Positions 49,756 to 59,889 are shown, counted from the first letter of the stretch. The stretch: DNA of 64,000 bases from Phycisphaerae bacterium (GCA_963675745.2 CAXXWX010000016.1:128001-192000), one strand, 5' to 3'. A program made the numbers and translations. The notes: generated from the letters alone by a model not told the origin.

Positions 49756-50715
49756 TTATCCCGCGCCCGCGAACAATATCGCCGAGCCGGCCACCGCGAC
49801 GAACGCGCCCAGCACGGCGCGCACGCTCAGGCGTTCCTTCTGAATCCATACCGCCAGCGGCAGGATGAATACCGGCGAGAGCGAGCACAGCGTTTGCGCG
49901 ATGCCCAATGGCGCCCGGTCGGATGCCACCAGCGACATCCACACGCCCAGGTACGGCCCCACAAACGCGCCACAGACCGTCAGGAAGTAACCCACGCCGC
50001 GCGATCCGCTTCGCGTCGGACTGGCCGCCACGGCCCGGCGTTTACGCTGTCGCGCGCGGTGGATGATGAATATCGGCAGGAAGCCCACGCCGGCAAACAC
50101 CATCCGCAGCAGCGTGGCGGCCTGGGGGTCCATACGCTCGCCGCAGGCAAGCCACCCATGGCCCATGCCCTGTTTACTAAGCAGCAAGCCGGCCGCTTGG
50201 CACGCCGCCCCGACAAACGCCAGGACAATCCCCCGCGCCCGGTGCCGAGTGTCCGCGGGGGTGGTTAAGGGTGGGCGTTCGAGCACGACCCAACCCACGC
50301 CGCCGATGACCAGGACAATCCCCACCCAGGCCGTAGCGTGCAGCGTCTCCCCGAGGGCCACCCATCCGAAAAACGCCGCCAGCAACGGCGACGTGGTCAT
50401 GATGAGCATGGCCATGCGCGGGCCAATGGCGACGAAGGCACTGAAGAGCGCCTGATCGCCGATCGTCAGCCCCACGATGCCCGACAGGGCCAGATACAAC
50501 ACCTGCTCAAAGCGCGCCTCGGGAACCCAGACGCCGGTGAGCAAACGGTGTGTCACGCCAAGCAGGATGATGGCCAGCGCGATGCGCGCGCCGTTGACAA
50601 ACACCGCCCCCAGCCTTCGGCCGGCGCCGGTAAACGCCAGCGACGTGAAGGTCCACAAGACGGACGTTGCCACGCCGGCGGCGGGGCCGATGTAGGGTTC
50701 CAGTGCCGGAAGCAT
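49756..50715 (-). CDS. DMT/EamA family transporter
   Basis: About ten hydrophobic helices in two repeats; LSGIVGLTIGD, LGETL, LSPVFILP, KERLS. Confidence 0.92.
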   Translation of the reverse strand: MLPALEPYIGPAAGVATSVLWTFTSLAFTGAGRRLGAVFVNGARIALAIILLGVTHRLLTGVWVPEARFEQVLYLALSGIVGLTIGDQALFSAFVAIGPRMAMLIMTTSPLLAAFFGWVALGETLHATAWVGIVLVIGGVGWVVLERPPLTTPADTRHRARGIVLAFVGAACQAAGLLLSKQGMGHGWLACGERMDPQAATLLRMVFAGVGFLPIFIIHRARQRKRRAVAASPTRSGSRGVGYFLTVCGAFVGPYLGVWMSLVASDRAPLGIAQTLCSLSPVFILPLAVWIQKERLSVRAVLGAFVAVAGSAILFAGAG

Positions 50716-50768
50716 GTTCGCGGATCATACCCGCAGACGGCAACCCGGGTCGCCTCCGCGGGCGACTG

Positions 50769-53700
50769 CTATTTATCCGCTTCCGGGATCCCCATGCCGC
50801 TGCGATCCGGATATGCCGGCCGGGTCGGCGGCGTGTACGGGCTACGCTTGATTTCGTCGAGCATCAGTCCGATGGCCGCCTCGAGCTGCGGGTCTGATCC
50901 GTCTACCATCAGGGCCGGATCATCGACGACCTCCTGGTCCGGATCGACGCCATGGCCTTCGATGCCCCAGGTGCCGTCGAGGTCGTAATAGGCAAAGCGC
51001 GGCACGGTCAGGTAGGTGCCGTCGAGTAATCCCGGATTTCCGGAGATGCCCACCAGGCCGCCCCACGTGCGCGTGCCGATGAGCTTCCCGAGCCCCGCGT
51101 TGCGGAAATACGCGGGGAACGCGTCGCCGCCCGAGCCCGCCAACCCATTGATCAGCATGCACTTCGGACCCTGGTGCGCGTCGCCCGGGCTCGGCGCATC
51201 GTAGCTGTCGCGCTGGGCCCAGTAGTTGACCACCGGGCGATTGAGCAGCTCGACAAACCGATGTGGAATCTGCCCACCACCGTTCCAACGCTCGTCGATA
51301 ATCAGGGCGGCCTTGTCGATCTGACCGTAGAACTGGCGGAAGAGCTCGTTCTGCCCACCGCCGCCGGTATCGGGCACGTAGATATAGCCGACCTTTCCGG
51401 CGGTGCTCTCGGCGACGTGTCGGCGATTGGCCTCTACCCACGCCCGATAGCGCAGGTTGTCCTCGCTGGAGAGGAGCTTGACGACCAGGTCGCGCGGCTC
51501 CTCGGACTCGGGCGAGTCAGCGACGGTCAGCGTCACAACCTGGTTTGCCAGACCCACAAACGCGGCCCAAGGATCTTCGGCCGGGTCGAGCTTGATGTCA
51601 TTGACCGCGAGAAGAAAGTCACCCACTTTGGCCTCGACGCCCGGCTGACTTAGCGGCCCGCGCGCGTCGGCGTCGAACGGTCCGCCGGTGTAGAGCTTCC
51701 TAATCCGGTAGGCTCCATCGGCCAGTTCGAAATCGCACCCCAGCATGCCGACGTTGACGCTTGGCCCGCTCTCGTAATCTCCGTGCATGTAATAAGCGTG
51801 GCCGACGTTCAGCTCGGAGATCATCTCGCGGATCAGAAATGCCAGGTCATCACGTGAGACGCAGTCCGCCAGCATCTGGCCGTACAGCGCGCGGACAGCG
51901 GGCCAGTCGACGCCGTGCATGTGCGGGTCGTAGAAATAGTCGCGATAGATGCGCCAGGCCTCGTTGAACATCTGCTCCCATTCGGCGCGCGGGTCGATCG
52001 TGATCCGCATGCCGCCCGTGGGAACGGTTTTGTCCATCTTCTGGCCGGCGGCGGCCTTGATGACCGCCAGCTTGCCGCTCTTGTGTACCAGCAACATCTT
52101 GCCGTCGGCGGTGATCGCGAAATGGCCGGCGTCGGCGAGCACGTTCTTTTCCTCGCGTTTTTCGTCTTCCAGATCGAAGATCTTGATCGCCGTCTTTACG
52201 CCCGGGCCACGCCCGGAACGCGTGTAAAGCAGATGGCCCTTGTGGTTTACCGCGAGTGAACGGAAGTGGCCGCGATCGAGCGGCAGAATAATCGCGCGGG
52301 ACTCGAATCCGTCCAGGTCGATCTCGAGCGGCTCCTCTTCTTCCTCAGCCTCCTCGTCACTCTCTTCGTCCTTGTCTTCGCCGTCCTTGTCTTCTTCATC
52401 ATCGGCTGAGTCATCAGCGGCGGCATTCTCTGGGTCTTCATCGTCCGCAGTGTCATCGGCAGCGTCGTCGGCGCCATCCTCTCCGCCGCCGGAGTCCTCA
52501 GCCTCGTCACCCTCATCGTCGGCGTCATCATCACCGTCGCCATCATCCGCGTCATCCGCGTCTTCGGCGTCATCTTCGCCATCCGCCTCGTCCCATTCCT
52601 CTTCGTCGCTCTTGGGTGCAAACGGTGACTTCATATCAGCGCGCAACGGCACGACCATCAGGCGATTCGTGTTCGTGTAGACGAATGAACGCCCCGCATC
52701 CTCGTAAAGCGGCCCGCTGAAATCGCGCGCGCTGACGTAGAAGAGGTAATCGCCCTCCCGGTCAAACGTCGGCCACGTATCGTTGAACATGCCGCTGGTG
52801 ACCTGGTGCTTGTCGCCCGAGGCGAGGTTGTAGAGCCAGACCGACGTCACCTGGTTGCGGCCGTCCTTGCCATAGGCGATCCACGACGAGTCGTGTGACC
52901 AACTGCCCTGCCGTAGCGTCGACCAGGGGTCCTTGTCGACGAACTTCACCTCTTCGGTTTCCAACGTGTACAGGTACAGCGACCCCGTGCGATCCCCGAA
53001 CAGAATGTGCTCCGAATTCGGCGACCAACTGATGAGTGTTCTGAAGACGGTGCCGTCGTGGGTGAGTTGGCGCGTCTCGCCCTTGCCGTCTGATTGCGTG
53101 ATATACAGCTCGTACTCGCCGGTCTGATCCGAGAAATACGCAATCCAACGGCCGTCGGGGCTCCACTCCGGCTCGCGCTCGTGGATGCCGTTCGTGCGTG
53201 TCAGGCTGCGTGGTGAGCCATGCTCCGCCGGCAGTGTCCAGATATCACCGCGCGCCTCGGCCACGGCGCGTTTGCCACTGGGCGAGATGTTCGCGCGACG
53301 AATGGCATTGCTGACATCCACAACCTGCTGGCGCACCTTGGGCAGCTCACCGGGAATGGTGATCGAGACCTTGCGCAGTTTCTCGGTCGCAAGGTCGAGC
53401 AGGTGCAGGTCAGCGCCCTGCTGCAAGACAATCTCGCCGGCGCCGCTCGGGCCGGGACCAATCGACGGCCACTTCACGTCATAGTCGGCGAACTTGGTCA
53501 CCTGGTGGCGTTGCCGCGTTTGCGTGTCATACACCCAGATGTTCAGCCGGTGCGCCGGGCCGGCGTCGCAAAGGTAGTAGACCTTGGAACCGTGCCACAT
53601 CGGCTGTGTGTCGGTGCCCTCCCAATCGGTGATCTTCTGCGATGTGTGCTCGGCCAGGTGGAACAGCCAGATATCCGTCGCCATCCCACCGCGATAACGC

Positions 53701-54278
53701 TTCCAGGTGCGACGATCGCGTGAGTGCGGCGTGTATGCCAGCCACTGCCCATCGGCACTGACGGCTCCGCTGGCGCCGTATGGAACGGGCATCTTCTCGG
53801 GCAAGCCGCCGGTTGCAGGAACCGTGAACAGCTCCACCGCTCGTGGATAGGTGCCCATGCCCGACGCGTGGAAGATCAGTCGCCCATCGGGTGTCCAGTC
53901 GCAGAGCCGCTCACCTGCCGGGTGGTGCGTCACACGAAACGGCACGCCGCCCACGGCCGGGATGGTGTACAGATCCTGATTGCCGTCATAGTTCGCCCTG
54001 AAGGCAATCACGCTGCCGTCGGGGCTGAAGCGCGGATAGAGCTCAACGCCGGGCGGGCTCACCAGCGGAGTCGCCGAACCACCCGCGCGCGGCACGAGCC
54101 ATATATCGTTGGCGTAGCCGAAGGCGATGTGCGTGGCGCTGACGTCGGGGTGACGCAACATCTGCGCGTGGGGCTCGGTCGTGTCCCCCAGCGCCGTGCC
54201 GGCGAAGAGCGTTCCGAAACCAAGGGCCAACACGCCAACGGAAAGTCGCGTTACGGCCGAGGTGATCCATGCGGACAT
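50769..54278 (-). CDS. Tricorn protease homologue (peptidase S41 with PDZ)
   Basis: MLRHPDVS, WKRYRGG, propeller repeats, ELNVGHAY, IIDERWNGGG, AGSGGDAFP (catalytic Ser), IGTRTWGG, IEGHGVDPD. Confidence 0.96.
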   Translation of the reverse strand: MSAWITSAVTRLSVGVLALGFGTLFAGTALGDTTEPHAQMLRHPDVSATHIAFGYANDIWLVPRAGGSATPLVSPPGVELYPRFSPDGSVIAFRANYDGNQDLYTIPAVGGVPFRVTHHPAGERLCDWTPDGRLIFHASGMGTYPRAVELFTVPATGGLPEKMPVPYGASGAVSADGQWLAYTPHSRDRRTWKRYRGGMATDIWLFHLAEHTSQKITDWEGTDTQPMWHGSKVYYLCDAGPAHRLNIWVYDTQTRQRHQVTKFADYDVKWPSIGPGPSGAGEIVLQQGADLHLLDLATEKLRKVSITIPGELPKVRQQVVDVSNAIRRANISPSGKRAVAEARGDIWTLPAEHGSPRSLTRTNGIHEREPEWSPDGRWIAYFSDQTGEYELYITQSDGKGETRQLTHDGTVFRTLISWSPNSEHILFGDRTGSLYLYTLETEEVKFVDKDPWSTLRQGSWSHDSSWIAYGKDGRNQVTSVWLYNLASGDKHQVTSGMFNDTWPTFDREGDYLFYVSARDFSGPLYEDAGRSFVYTNTNRLMVVPLRADMKSPFAPKSDEEEWDEADGEDDAEDADDADDGDGDDDADDEGDEAEDSGGGEDGADDAADDTADDEDPENAAADDSADDEEDKDGEDKDEESDEEAEEEEEPLEIDLDGFESRAIILPLDRGHFRSLAVNHKGHLLYTRSGRGPGVKTAIKIFDLEDEKREEKNVLADAGHFAITADGKMLLVHKSGKLAVIKAAAGQKMDKTVPTGGMRITIDPRAEWEQMFNEAWRIYRDYFYDPHMHGVDWPAVRALYGQMLADCVSRDDLAFLIREMISELNVGHAYYMHGDYESGPSVNVGMLGCDFELADGAYRIRKLYTGGPFDADARGPLSQPGVEAKVGDFLLAVNDIKLDPAEDPWAAFVGLANQVVTLTVADSPESEEPRDLVVKLLSSEDNLRYRAWVEANRRHVAESTAGKVGYIYVPDTGGGGQNELFRQFYGQIDKAALIIDERWNGGGQIPHRFVELLNRPVVNYWAQRDSYDAPSPGDAHQGPKCMLINGLAGSGGDAFPAYFRNAGLGKLIGTRTWGGLVGISGNPGLLDGTYLTVPRFAYYDLDGTWGIEGHGVDPDQEVVDDPALMVDGSDPQLEAAIGLMLDEIKRSPYTPPTRPAYPDRSGMGIPEADK

Positions 54279-54452
54279 GGCAACTCCTTGTGTGGCAAGC
54301 GGGTGTGATGCCTGGAATATGTGGTTCGTCGTGCGCCGCCGGATGCTACCGCGTCGCGCGTCAAGCGCGACAGGACCGGTTTAGCGCTGGATCTCCACCA
54401 TAGCGGCGTGGGGCAGCCGTTGCGATGGGTGTGGAGAGAATCCGACAATTAC

Positions 54453-57173
54453 CTACCGACGGCCGAGCAATGCTACAAACGAGTCTATGTCGCCGTTGTT
54501 TACGTCGCCGTCCAGATTGCAGTCGGCGAGGTCGCGGCTGCACTGCGGGTAGGCCGCCGCATAGCCCGCCGGCTCGGACAGCGCAAGCACGAATGCGTCG
54601 ATGTCGGCGTTGTTGAGCAAGCCGTCGCAATTGAGATCGCCATAGAGCAGTTCGCACTCGTCGGGGATGGCGTTGTCGTTCTCATCGTTGGAATAGGCCG
54701 GAGTCGCGACCAGCGACAACACTGTGTTGGGGTCAGCGCCGCCGGCTTGGTTATACGACCACTGCAGGCCGATCTCCCCGTCCCATTGATAGCCGATCGT
54801 GGCCGACGCCGCATGGTCCTGTTGTGGGAACTCGAAGTCGGTATCGGCGTAGAGCATCTGGGCGAAGACGTCATCCGCCGGCGACTCGTAGATCTGCACC
54901 TGGAACGTCACTTCGTCGCCATCGAGTATGGTATTACCGGGGAAATGCGGACGATTATGCCACTGAACCACGAACGCGCGCGTGGGTGCGCTGCCCAGTG
55001 TCGCCACGTATACGTTGCCGGTGTCTGAATCGAGATCGTCCCAGTATGGCAGGAGCGCTTGCGTGCCGGCAAACGCCGCCCCGCTGGGGATCTGGTAGTT
55101 CCAGCTTGTCAGATTGCCGGTGTCGCTGAACCCGACGCCGCCGTTGTTGTGAACGCGTGCGATACCGCTGGTAAACAAGGCGTTGGCGAAGGGTATATCG
55201 ACCGACGCGACGCCATTATCAGCCAGCCCAAGCGGCGTGCCGCTGGTCGAGATGTCCACCCAACCGAGTTGCTGGCCGCGGTCGTCAACCAGCACGACGC
55301 TCAGCAGCACGTCACACTCGTCGGGCACGCCGTTGCCGTTGCAATCGGGGCTGGTCTGTTCCGCAACGTCGCAAGCATCGGGCACACCGTTGCTGTTGCA
55401 ATCAGGGCTGGTGCCATCGGCGACATCACACTCGTCGGGCACGCCGTTGGTGTTGCAGTCCGGGCTCGTGCCGGCGCTGACGTCGCAGGCGTCAATCACA
55501 CCGTTGCCGTTGCAGTCCGGCGCACCGGCGGCGAGATCACAATCATCGGGCGTGCCGCTGCCGTCACAATCCTCTTCCCAGGCATCGGGTACGCCGTTGT
55601 TGTTGCAGTCCGGATCGTCCCAGAGCAACGGCCTGTTGTCGCCACCGCTGCCAATACCACCACCGTCATGCGGCAGATTGGTGTCACCCAGCCAGTCGCC
55701 GTCGGTATCGCTGCCGGTGTAATCGGACCAGTAGTTACCACCCAGATAGGGGAAGCCGAATATGTTGGGGCCGGGTGACTTGGCGATGTTCCAGGTGTTG
55801 GTGCCGTCATCGGACGCGTTTTGCAGCAGGCTGCGAAAGTAGTTGTTGTAGATGGTGTTACCTGAACTGCCGTTGAACGCCACACCGGTGTTGTTGTCGC
55901 GGAAGTAGTTGCCATCGACGGTCGAGCTGTCGGTTTGATAGAAGCGCACGCCGCGGCTGTTGCCGTCGATCCGGTTTCCGCTGATGGCATGGCCGTAGCT
56001 GTAGCGGTTGGCGTCGTACGCCTCACACAACACGCCGTTGCTGTTGCCGATGAGCGTGTTGTCGCGCACGGTTGTCTCGAACGTGTCTTTCAACTCGGGG
56101 TAAACCGCCACCAGGCTGCTGTCCTGGTCGGTCCAGAGCCAGATAGCCTGGCTGCAGTTGGTGAAGGTGTTGCCCTCGATGAGGTTGTTGTTTCCGTGCT
56201 CGATCGCCACGCCGGCGGTCACGCAATCACTTGCCGAGTTGCCGCGCACCTCGCTGAAGGACGAGTAGCCGAGCCAGTAGCCGTAGTTGCACCCATCGGT
56301 GACATTATTCTCGAACACGTTGTATTGGCTAAAGGTCGCCTCGAAACCGTTGTTGGGACTATCGGAGCAATCGTTGCCCGCGAAGTAGTTGTGGTTGTTC
56401 GGACGGCGATCGAGCGAGTGAGTAGCGCCCGCGAGAAACACCCCGTCGCCACCGCCGATCAGGTGGTTGCTGAGCACATCGTTGTAATCGGATCCATAGA
56501 CCATGAGCAGCGATGCGGCGTCGGCTCCGCTCCAGCCATAGTAATCACGCGTGCAGTAGTTGGCGGTGTTGTGACTGATGACCGAGTTGTCAGTGTTCCA
56601 GAGCGTGATCCCCCAACCGCTGTTGTCCGACGCCTGGTTGTAGGACACCAGTGCTTCGGTGCAATCAAAAAGGCTGATGCCGTTCTGCTGATTGGTAACG
56701 TCGTTGTAGTTGATCGTCGCGCGGTCACACCAGCGCAGCCAGATCGCGTGGGCATATGTTCCGTCGGCGCCGTCAAAGATGTTCAGGAAGATGCTGCCTT
56801 CGGGCAACTCGGGCGTGTCCCACACATTGCAGTTGAAGATCGTCAGGTCATCACAATCATAGAAATGCATGCCGTGATCGTAATGCCGCACGGTCAGGAA
56901 CTGCACGACGACGTTGTCTCGGCCGCTGGCGTAGACGCCGTTGCCGACGTCATCGCCGACGATGATCGTCCCGTCACCCGCCACGGTCACATCATCGGCC
57001 GCGATAGTGACGCCGTTGGGAAGGTAATAGGACCCCGCGCAGAAGGTCGTATCCTCGGTGATCACCATCCCGTCGAAAGGCAAGACACACTCAGCGGCCG
57101 CGGGCGCCATGAGCGTCGCGGCTGACAGGCACAGTGCAATGGCGCACTCCACGCCGCGAGAACTCGTAACCAC
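54453..57173 (-). CDS. Secreted right-handed beta-helix (NosD/CASH-like) protein with Cys-Asp repeats and dockerin-like C-terminus
   Basis: Signal peptide; Asn-ladder repeats, GGNYWSDY, about six DCNxNGxPDxCD units, terminal GDLNCDG...DIDAFVLAL...DCNLDG...DIDSFVALL. Confidence 0.87.
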   Translation of the reverse strand: MVTSSRGVECAIALCLSAATLMAPAAAECVLPFDGMVITEDTTFCAGSYYLPNGVTIAADDVTVAGDGTIIVGDDVGNGVYASGRDNVVVQFLTVRHYDHGMHFYDCDDLTIFNCNVWDTPELPEGSIFLNIFDGADGTYAHAIWLRWCDRATINYNDVTNQQNGISLFDCTEALVSYNQASDNSGWGITLWNTDNSVISHNTANYCTRDYYGWSGADAASLLMVYGSDYNDVLSNHLIGGGDGVFLAGATHSLDRRPNNHNYFAGNDCSDSPNNGFEATFSQYNVFENNVTDGCNYGYWLGYSSFSEVRGNSASDCVTAGVAIEHGNNNLIEGNTFTNCSQAIWLWTDQDSSLVAVYPELKDTFETTVRDNTLIGNSNGVLCEAYDANRYSYGHAISGNRIDGNSRGVRFYQTDSSTVDGNYFRDNNTGVAFNGSSGNTIYNNYFRSLLQNASDDGTNTWNIAKSPGPNIFGFPYLGGNYWSDYTGSDTDGDWLGDTNLPHDGGGIGSGGDNRPLLWDDPDCNNNGVPDAWEEDCDGSGTPDDCDLAAGAPDCNGNGVIDACDVSAGTSPDCNTNGVPDECDVADGTSPDCNSNGVPDACDVAEQTSPDCNGNGVPDECDVLLSVVLVDDRGQQLGWVDISTSGTPLGLADNGVASVDIPFANALFTSGIARVHNNGGVGFSDTGNLTSWNYQIPSGAAFAGTQALLPYWDDLDSDTGNVYVATLGSAPTRAFVVQWHNRPHFPGNTILDGDEVTFQVQIYESPADDVFAQMLYADTDFEFPQQDHAASATIGYQWDGEIGLQWSYNQAGGADPNTVLSLVATPAYSNDENDNAIPDECELLYGDLNCDGLLNNADIDAFVLALSEPAGYAAAYPQCSRDLADCNLDGDVNNGDIDSFVALLGRR

Positions 57174-57365
57174 ACCAACGCTCCTTGCCCACCGGCCCAG
57201 TTGGCCGCCACTACGGCCGGCACCTGAACCCGTTCATCTTCTTTCGATAGTAACGACATGCCTGCGAGCGTTCAACGATATTGACGCCTTATGAACCCCC
57301 GACTTGTGCCAAGACAGCGGCATGCGCAGCGCTTTCTACAGACGTACGCTACGCGCGCACAACGC

Positions 57366-57447
57366 TGTAGCGGCCTGCGCCTCGCAGGCCGTCGGCGCCA
57401 GACAACGTCCCCGCCGTCCGGCAGCCGGCAAGGCGCTGGCCGGTGCG
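57366..57447. repeat. REP doublet, copy 4
   Basis: TGTAGCGGCCTGCGCCTCGCAGGCCGTCGGC (57366-57396) is the exact reverse complement of 30527-30557; degenerate partner at 57421-57447. Confidence 0.82.
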
Positions 57448-57518
57448 CTCCACCCAGAGCCGTCACGCGATTGACGCTCCGTTAGATGAGACGGCACTCA
57501 GTGCTGATCGGCCGCGCT

Positions 57519-57893
57519 CTAGCCGAGCTTCTGCTTCAGAATCGTCAACAGCATGTTGCTGTCGAGCGGCTTCTGAAAAACGCCCGTTAAGCCCAACTCC
57601 TTGTAATCCACGGAGAGGTTCAGGTTGTCGCCCGCCGAGCTCAGCAGGTACACCGGCACCGTCTCGCCAAGCACCTTCAGCTCCTTGACGAACAGCGTGC
57701 CGGCGTCGACCTCTTCCATCATCAGGTCGACGATTACCAGGTCGGGATTGTGCTCCTTGAAGACGCGCAACCCTTCCTCGGCGGTCGGCGCTTCAACGCA
57801 GACATACCCGTTGCTCTCCAGCACAACCTTCATCGAATAGCGAATGTCCTGATCATCATCAACAACCAGGATTACGTGTTTTCCGTCTTGCAT
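57519..57893 (-). CDS. Single-domain response regulator (receiver only)
   Basis: ILVVDDD, VDLMME (phospho-Asp), LLSS, FQKP; overlaps the hoxW 3' end by 22 nt. Confidence 0.92.
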   Translation of the reverse strand: MQDGKHVILVVDDDQDIRYSMKVVLESNGYVCVEAPTAEEGLRVFKEHNPDLVIVDLMMEEVDAGTLFVKELKVLGETVPVYLLSSAGDNLNLSVDYKELGLTGVFQKPLDSNMLLTILKQKLG

Positions 57894-58417
57894 ATCATGT
57901 CCCCGTCGGAGGCTCGCGCCTCGCCGGACGACCCGCGTTCGTATCGGGTCGCGGTTTCTTCGAAAGTACCTTCCCGTAACACCGCCGTGAGCAGCGTGAC
58001 GGCCGCTCGCAGGTTCTGTTCGGCGCGCGGGCTCAATCGCTGACCGTACTCGTTGAACTCATAGCCGCGGATTCCCAGCAGGTAGCCGGGCACGCGGCGT
58101 TCAAACAGGTCTTCCGCAAGCCCGAGCACCGCCTCCGGCCTGACGCTGTGTGAGCTGAAGCTCAGCGCCGTGCGCGGCTGGATGCGCTCAAAAAAGCACG
58201 GTGCGGGACCGGTCTCCGCCGCGTCGGCAAACACGACCACATCGTGCTCGGCCACGGCGGCGGCATCTTCAACCGACAACTGGTAGTCAGCATCCACGGT
58301 CACGCCCGTCAGCGCGAGCTTCTCGATTTCGGCGGCCAGCGCTGGTCCCAGGCCGTCATCCAGACGACCGGGATTACCGAAGCCAACCAGCAAAACACGA
58401 AGCGGCTCGCGCGCCAT
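57872..58417 (-). CDS. hoxW: Hydrogenase maturation endopeptidase
   Basis: VGFGNPGRLDDGLG, VVFADA, FSSH; follows hoxH. Confidence 0.9.
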   Translation of the reverse strand: MAREPLRVLLVGFGNPGRLDDGLGPALAAEIEKLALTGVTVDADYQLSVEDAAAVAEHDVVVFADAAETGPAPCFFERIQPRTALSFSSHSVRPEAVLGLAEDLFERRVPGYLLGIRGYEFNEYGQRLSPRAEQNLRAAVTLLTAVLREGTFEETATRYERGSSGEARASDGDMICKTENT

Positions 58418-58425
58418 CAGATCAC

Positions 58426-59868
58426 CTAGCGGCCACGACTGTCAATCACGTTACCTTCGCAATCCACGAGCTCGACAACCAGCGGCATCTGGCCCAACGC
58501 GTGCGTGGCACACGAAAGGCACGGGTCATAGGCCCGGATGGCCACCTCGATGTGGTTGAGCAACGGCTCAGTCACCTCGTTACCGCTCAAGTACCGCTTG
58601 GCGATGCTCTCCACCGCGCGATTCATCGGCTCGTTGTTGTTGGTCGTCGAGACGATCAGGTTGGCCATTACGACCTGGTCGTTCTTGTCGACCTTGTAGT
58701 GATGGAACAGCGTGCCGCGCGGGGCCTCGAGCAGGCCGACGGCCTCTTCACGCCGCTCGCCGGTAACCACCAGGTCAGTGCCCTGCAAGTCCTTGTCGTT
58801 CAGCAGATCGCGGATCTTCTCGACCGCGTGCAACAGCTCGATCATGCGCGCCCAGTGATACGCCAGCGACAGCCCGTTGGGCTTGTTGTCGGTGACGGCC
58901 ATGAACTCCTTGCGCCCCGCCTCGGCTTCGGGCGTATCGATGAAATCGCAGGCGTTGACGCGCGCCAGCGGGCCCACGCGATACCAGCCGTTCTCGGGGC
59001 CGAGTTTCTTCAGGAAGGGGAACTTCATGTACGACCACGGACGCACCTCCTCACGCACGTGCTGGAGGTAGTCCTGGTAATCGACCTGGTCGATGATCTT
59101 GCAGCCGTCGGCGTCGACAACGCGCAGGTTGCCGTGGTACAGGTCCATGGCGCCGTCATCACGAATCAGGCACATGTGGTTTGACGGAAAGGCAGCGAAG
59201 TCCATCGCCAAGTTGAGGTGCTCGACGGTGTAGTCCTTGGCGATCTTGAGCGCCGCGCGCGCCCACTCGATCATCTGGTCAAGGTCCTTCAACAGCGCGT
59301 CACGCTCGGCGATTGACAGGTTCTTGTTCACGCCGCCCGGGATGGCCCCGGTGCCGTGGATTTTCTTGCCGGCGGTGGCCTTGATGATCTCCTGCCCATA
59401 CTTGCGCATCATCACGCCTTGCACCGCCAGGTCAGGGTGCTTTTCGATCACGCCGACGACGTTGCGGACCGCCACGTCGGCATCAAAGCCGAACAGCAGG
59501 TCTGGCGAGCAGAGATGGAAAAAGTGCAGCGCGTGCGATTGCAACGTCTGCCCGTAGTGCATCAGGCGGCGCACCTTCTCAGCCGTCGGCGTGAGCTTCT
59601 CGCCGCCGACAATACGGTCCATGGCCTTGGCGGCCGCCAGGTGATGGCTCACCGGACAGATTCCGCACAGGCGCTGGACCAGCACGGGCACTTCCCAGAA
59701 GGGACGGCCCTGGATGAACCGCTCAAACCCGCGAAACTCGACGATGTGCAGACGCGCCTGGCGCACCTGGTTCTTCTCGTCCAGCAGCACGGTGACTTTG
59801 CCGTGCCCTTCGACGCGGGTGACCGGCTCAATGACGACTCGTTTGAGTCCGTTCGTAGCTGTAACCAC
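58426..59868 (-). CDS. hoxH: NAD-reducing [NiFe]-hydrogenase large subunit
   Basis: IEPVTRVEGHGK, L1 QRLCGICPVSH, EAPRGTLFHHY, L2 RAYDPCLSCATH plus a cleavable C-terminal extension. Confidence 0.96.
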   Translation of the reverse strand: MVTATNGLKRVVIEPVTRVEGHGKVTVLLDEKNQVRQARLHIVEFRGFERFIQGRPFWEVPVLVQRLCGICPVSHHLAAAKAMDRIVGGEKLTPTAEKVRRLMHYGQTLQSHALHFFHLCSPDLLFGFDADVAVRNVVGVIEKHPDLAVQGVMMRKYGQEIIKATAGKKIHGTGAIPGGVNKNLSIAERDALLKDLDQMIEWARAALKIAKDYTVEHLNLAMDFAAFPSNHMCLIRDDGAMDLYHGNLRVVDADGCKIIDQVDYQDYLQHVREEVRPWSYMKFPFLKKLGPENGWYRVGPLARVNACDFIDTPEAEAGRKEFMAVTDNKPNGLSLAYHWARMIELLHAVEKIRDLLNDKDLQGTDLVVTGERREEAVGLLEAPRGTLFHHYKVDKNDQVVMANLIVSTTNNNEPMNRAVESIAKRYLSGNEVTEPLLNHIEVAIRAYDPCLSCATHALGQMPLVVELVDCEGNVIDSRGR

Positions 59869-59889
59869 TATCTATATCCTCCAGTCCGA

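Noticed and set aside
30444..57447. Repeated 31-bp palindrome as a CRISPR repeat
   Set aside because: Copies are kilobases apart, with no regular spacers and no cas genes.
58426..59868. Selenocysteine-containing [NiFeSe] hydrogenase
   Set aside because: The L2 motif is DPCLSC with ordinary Cys codons and no in-frame TGA.
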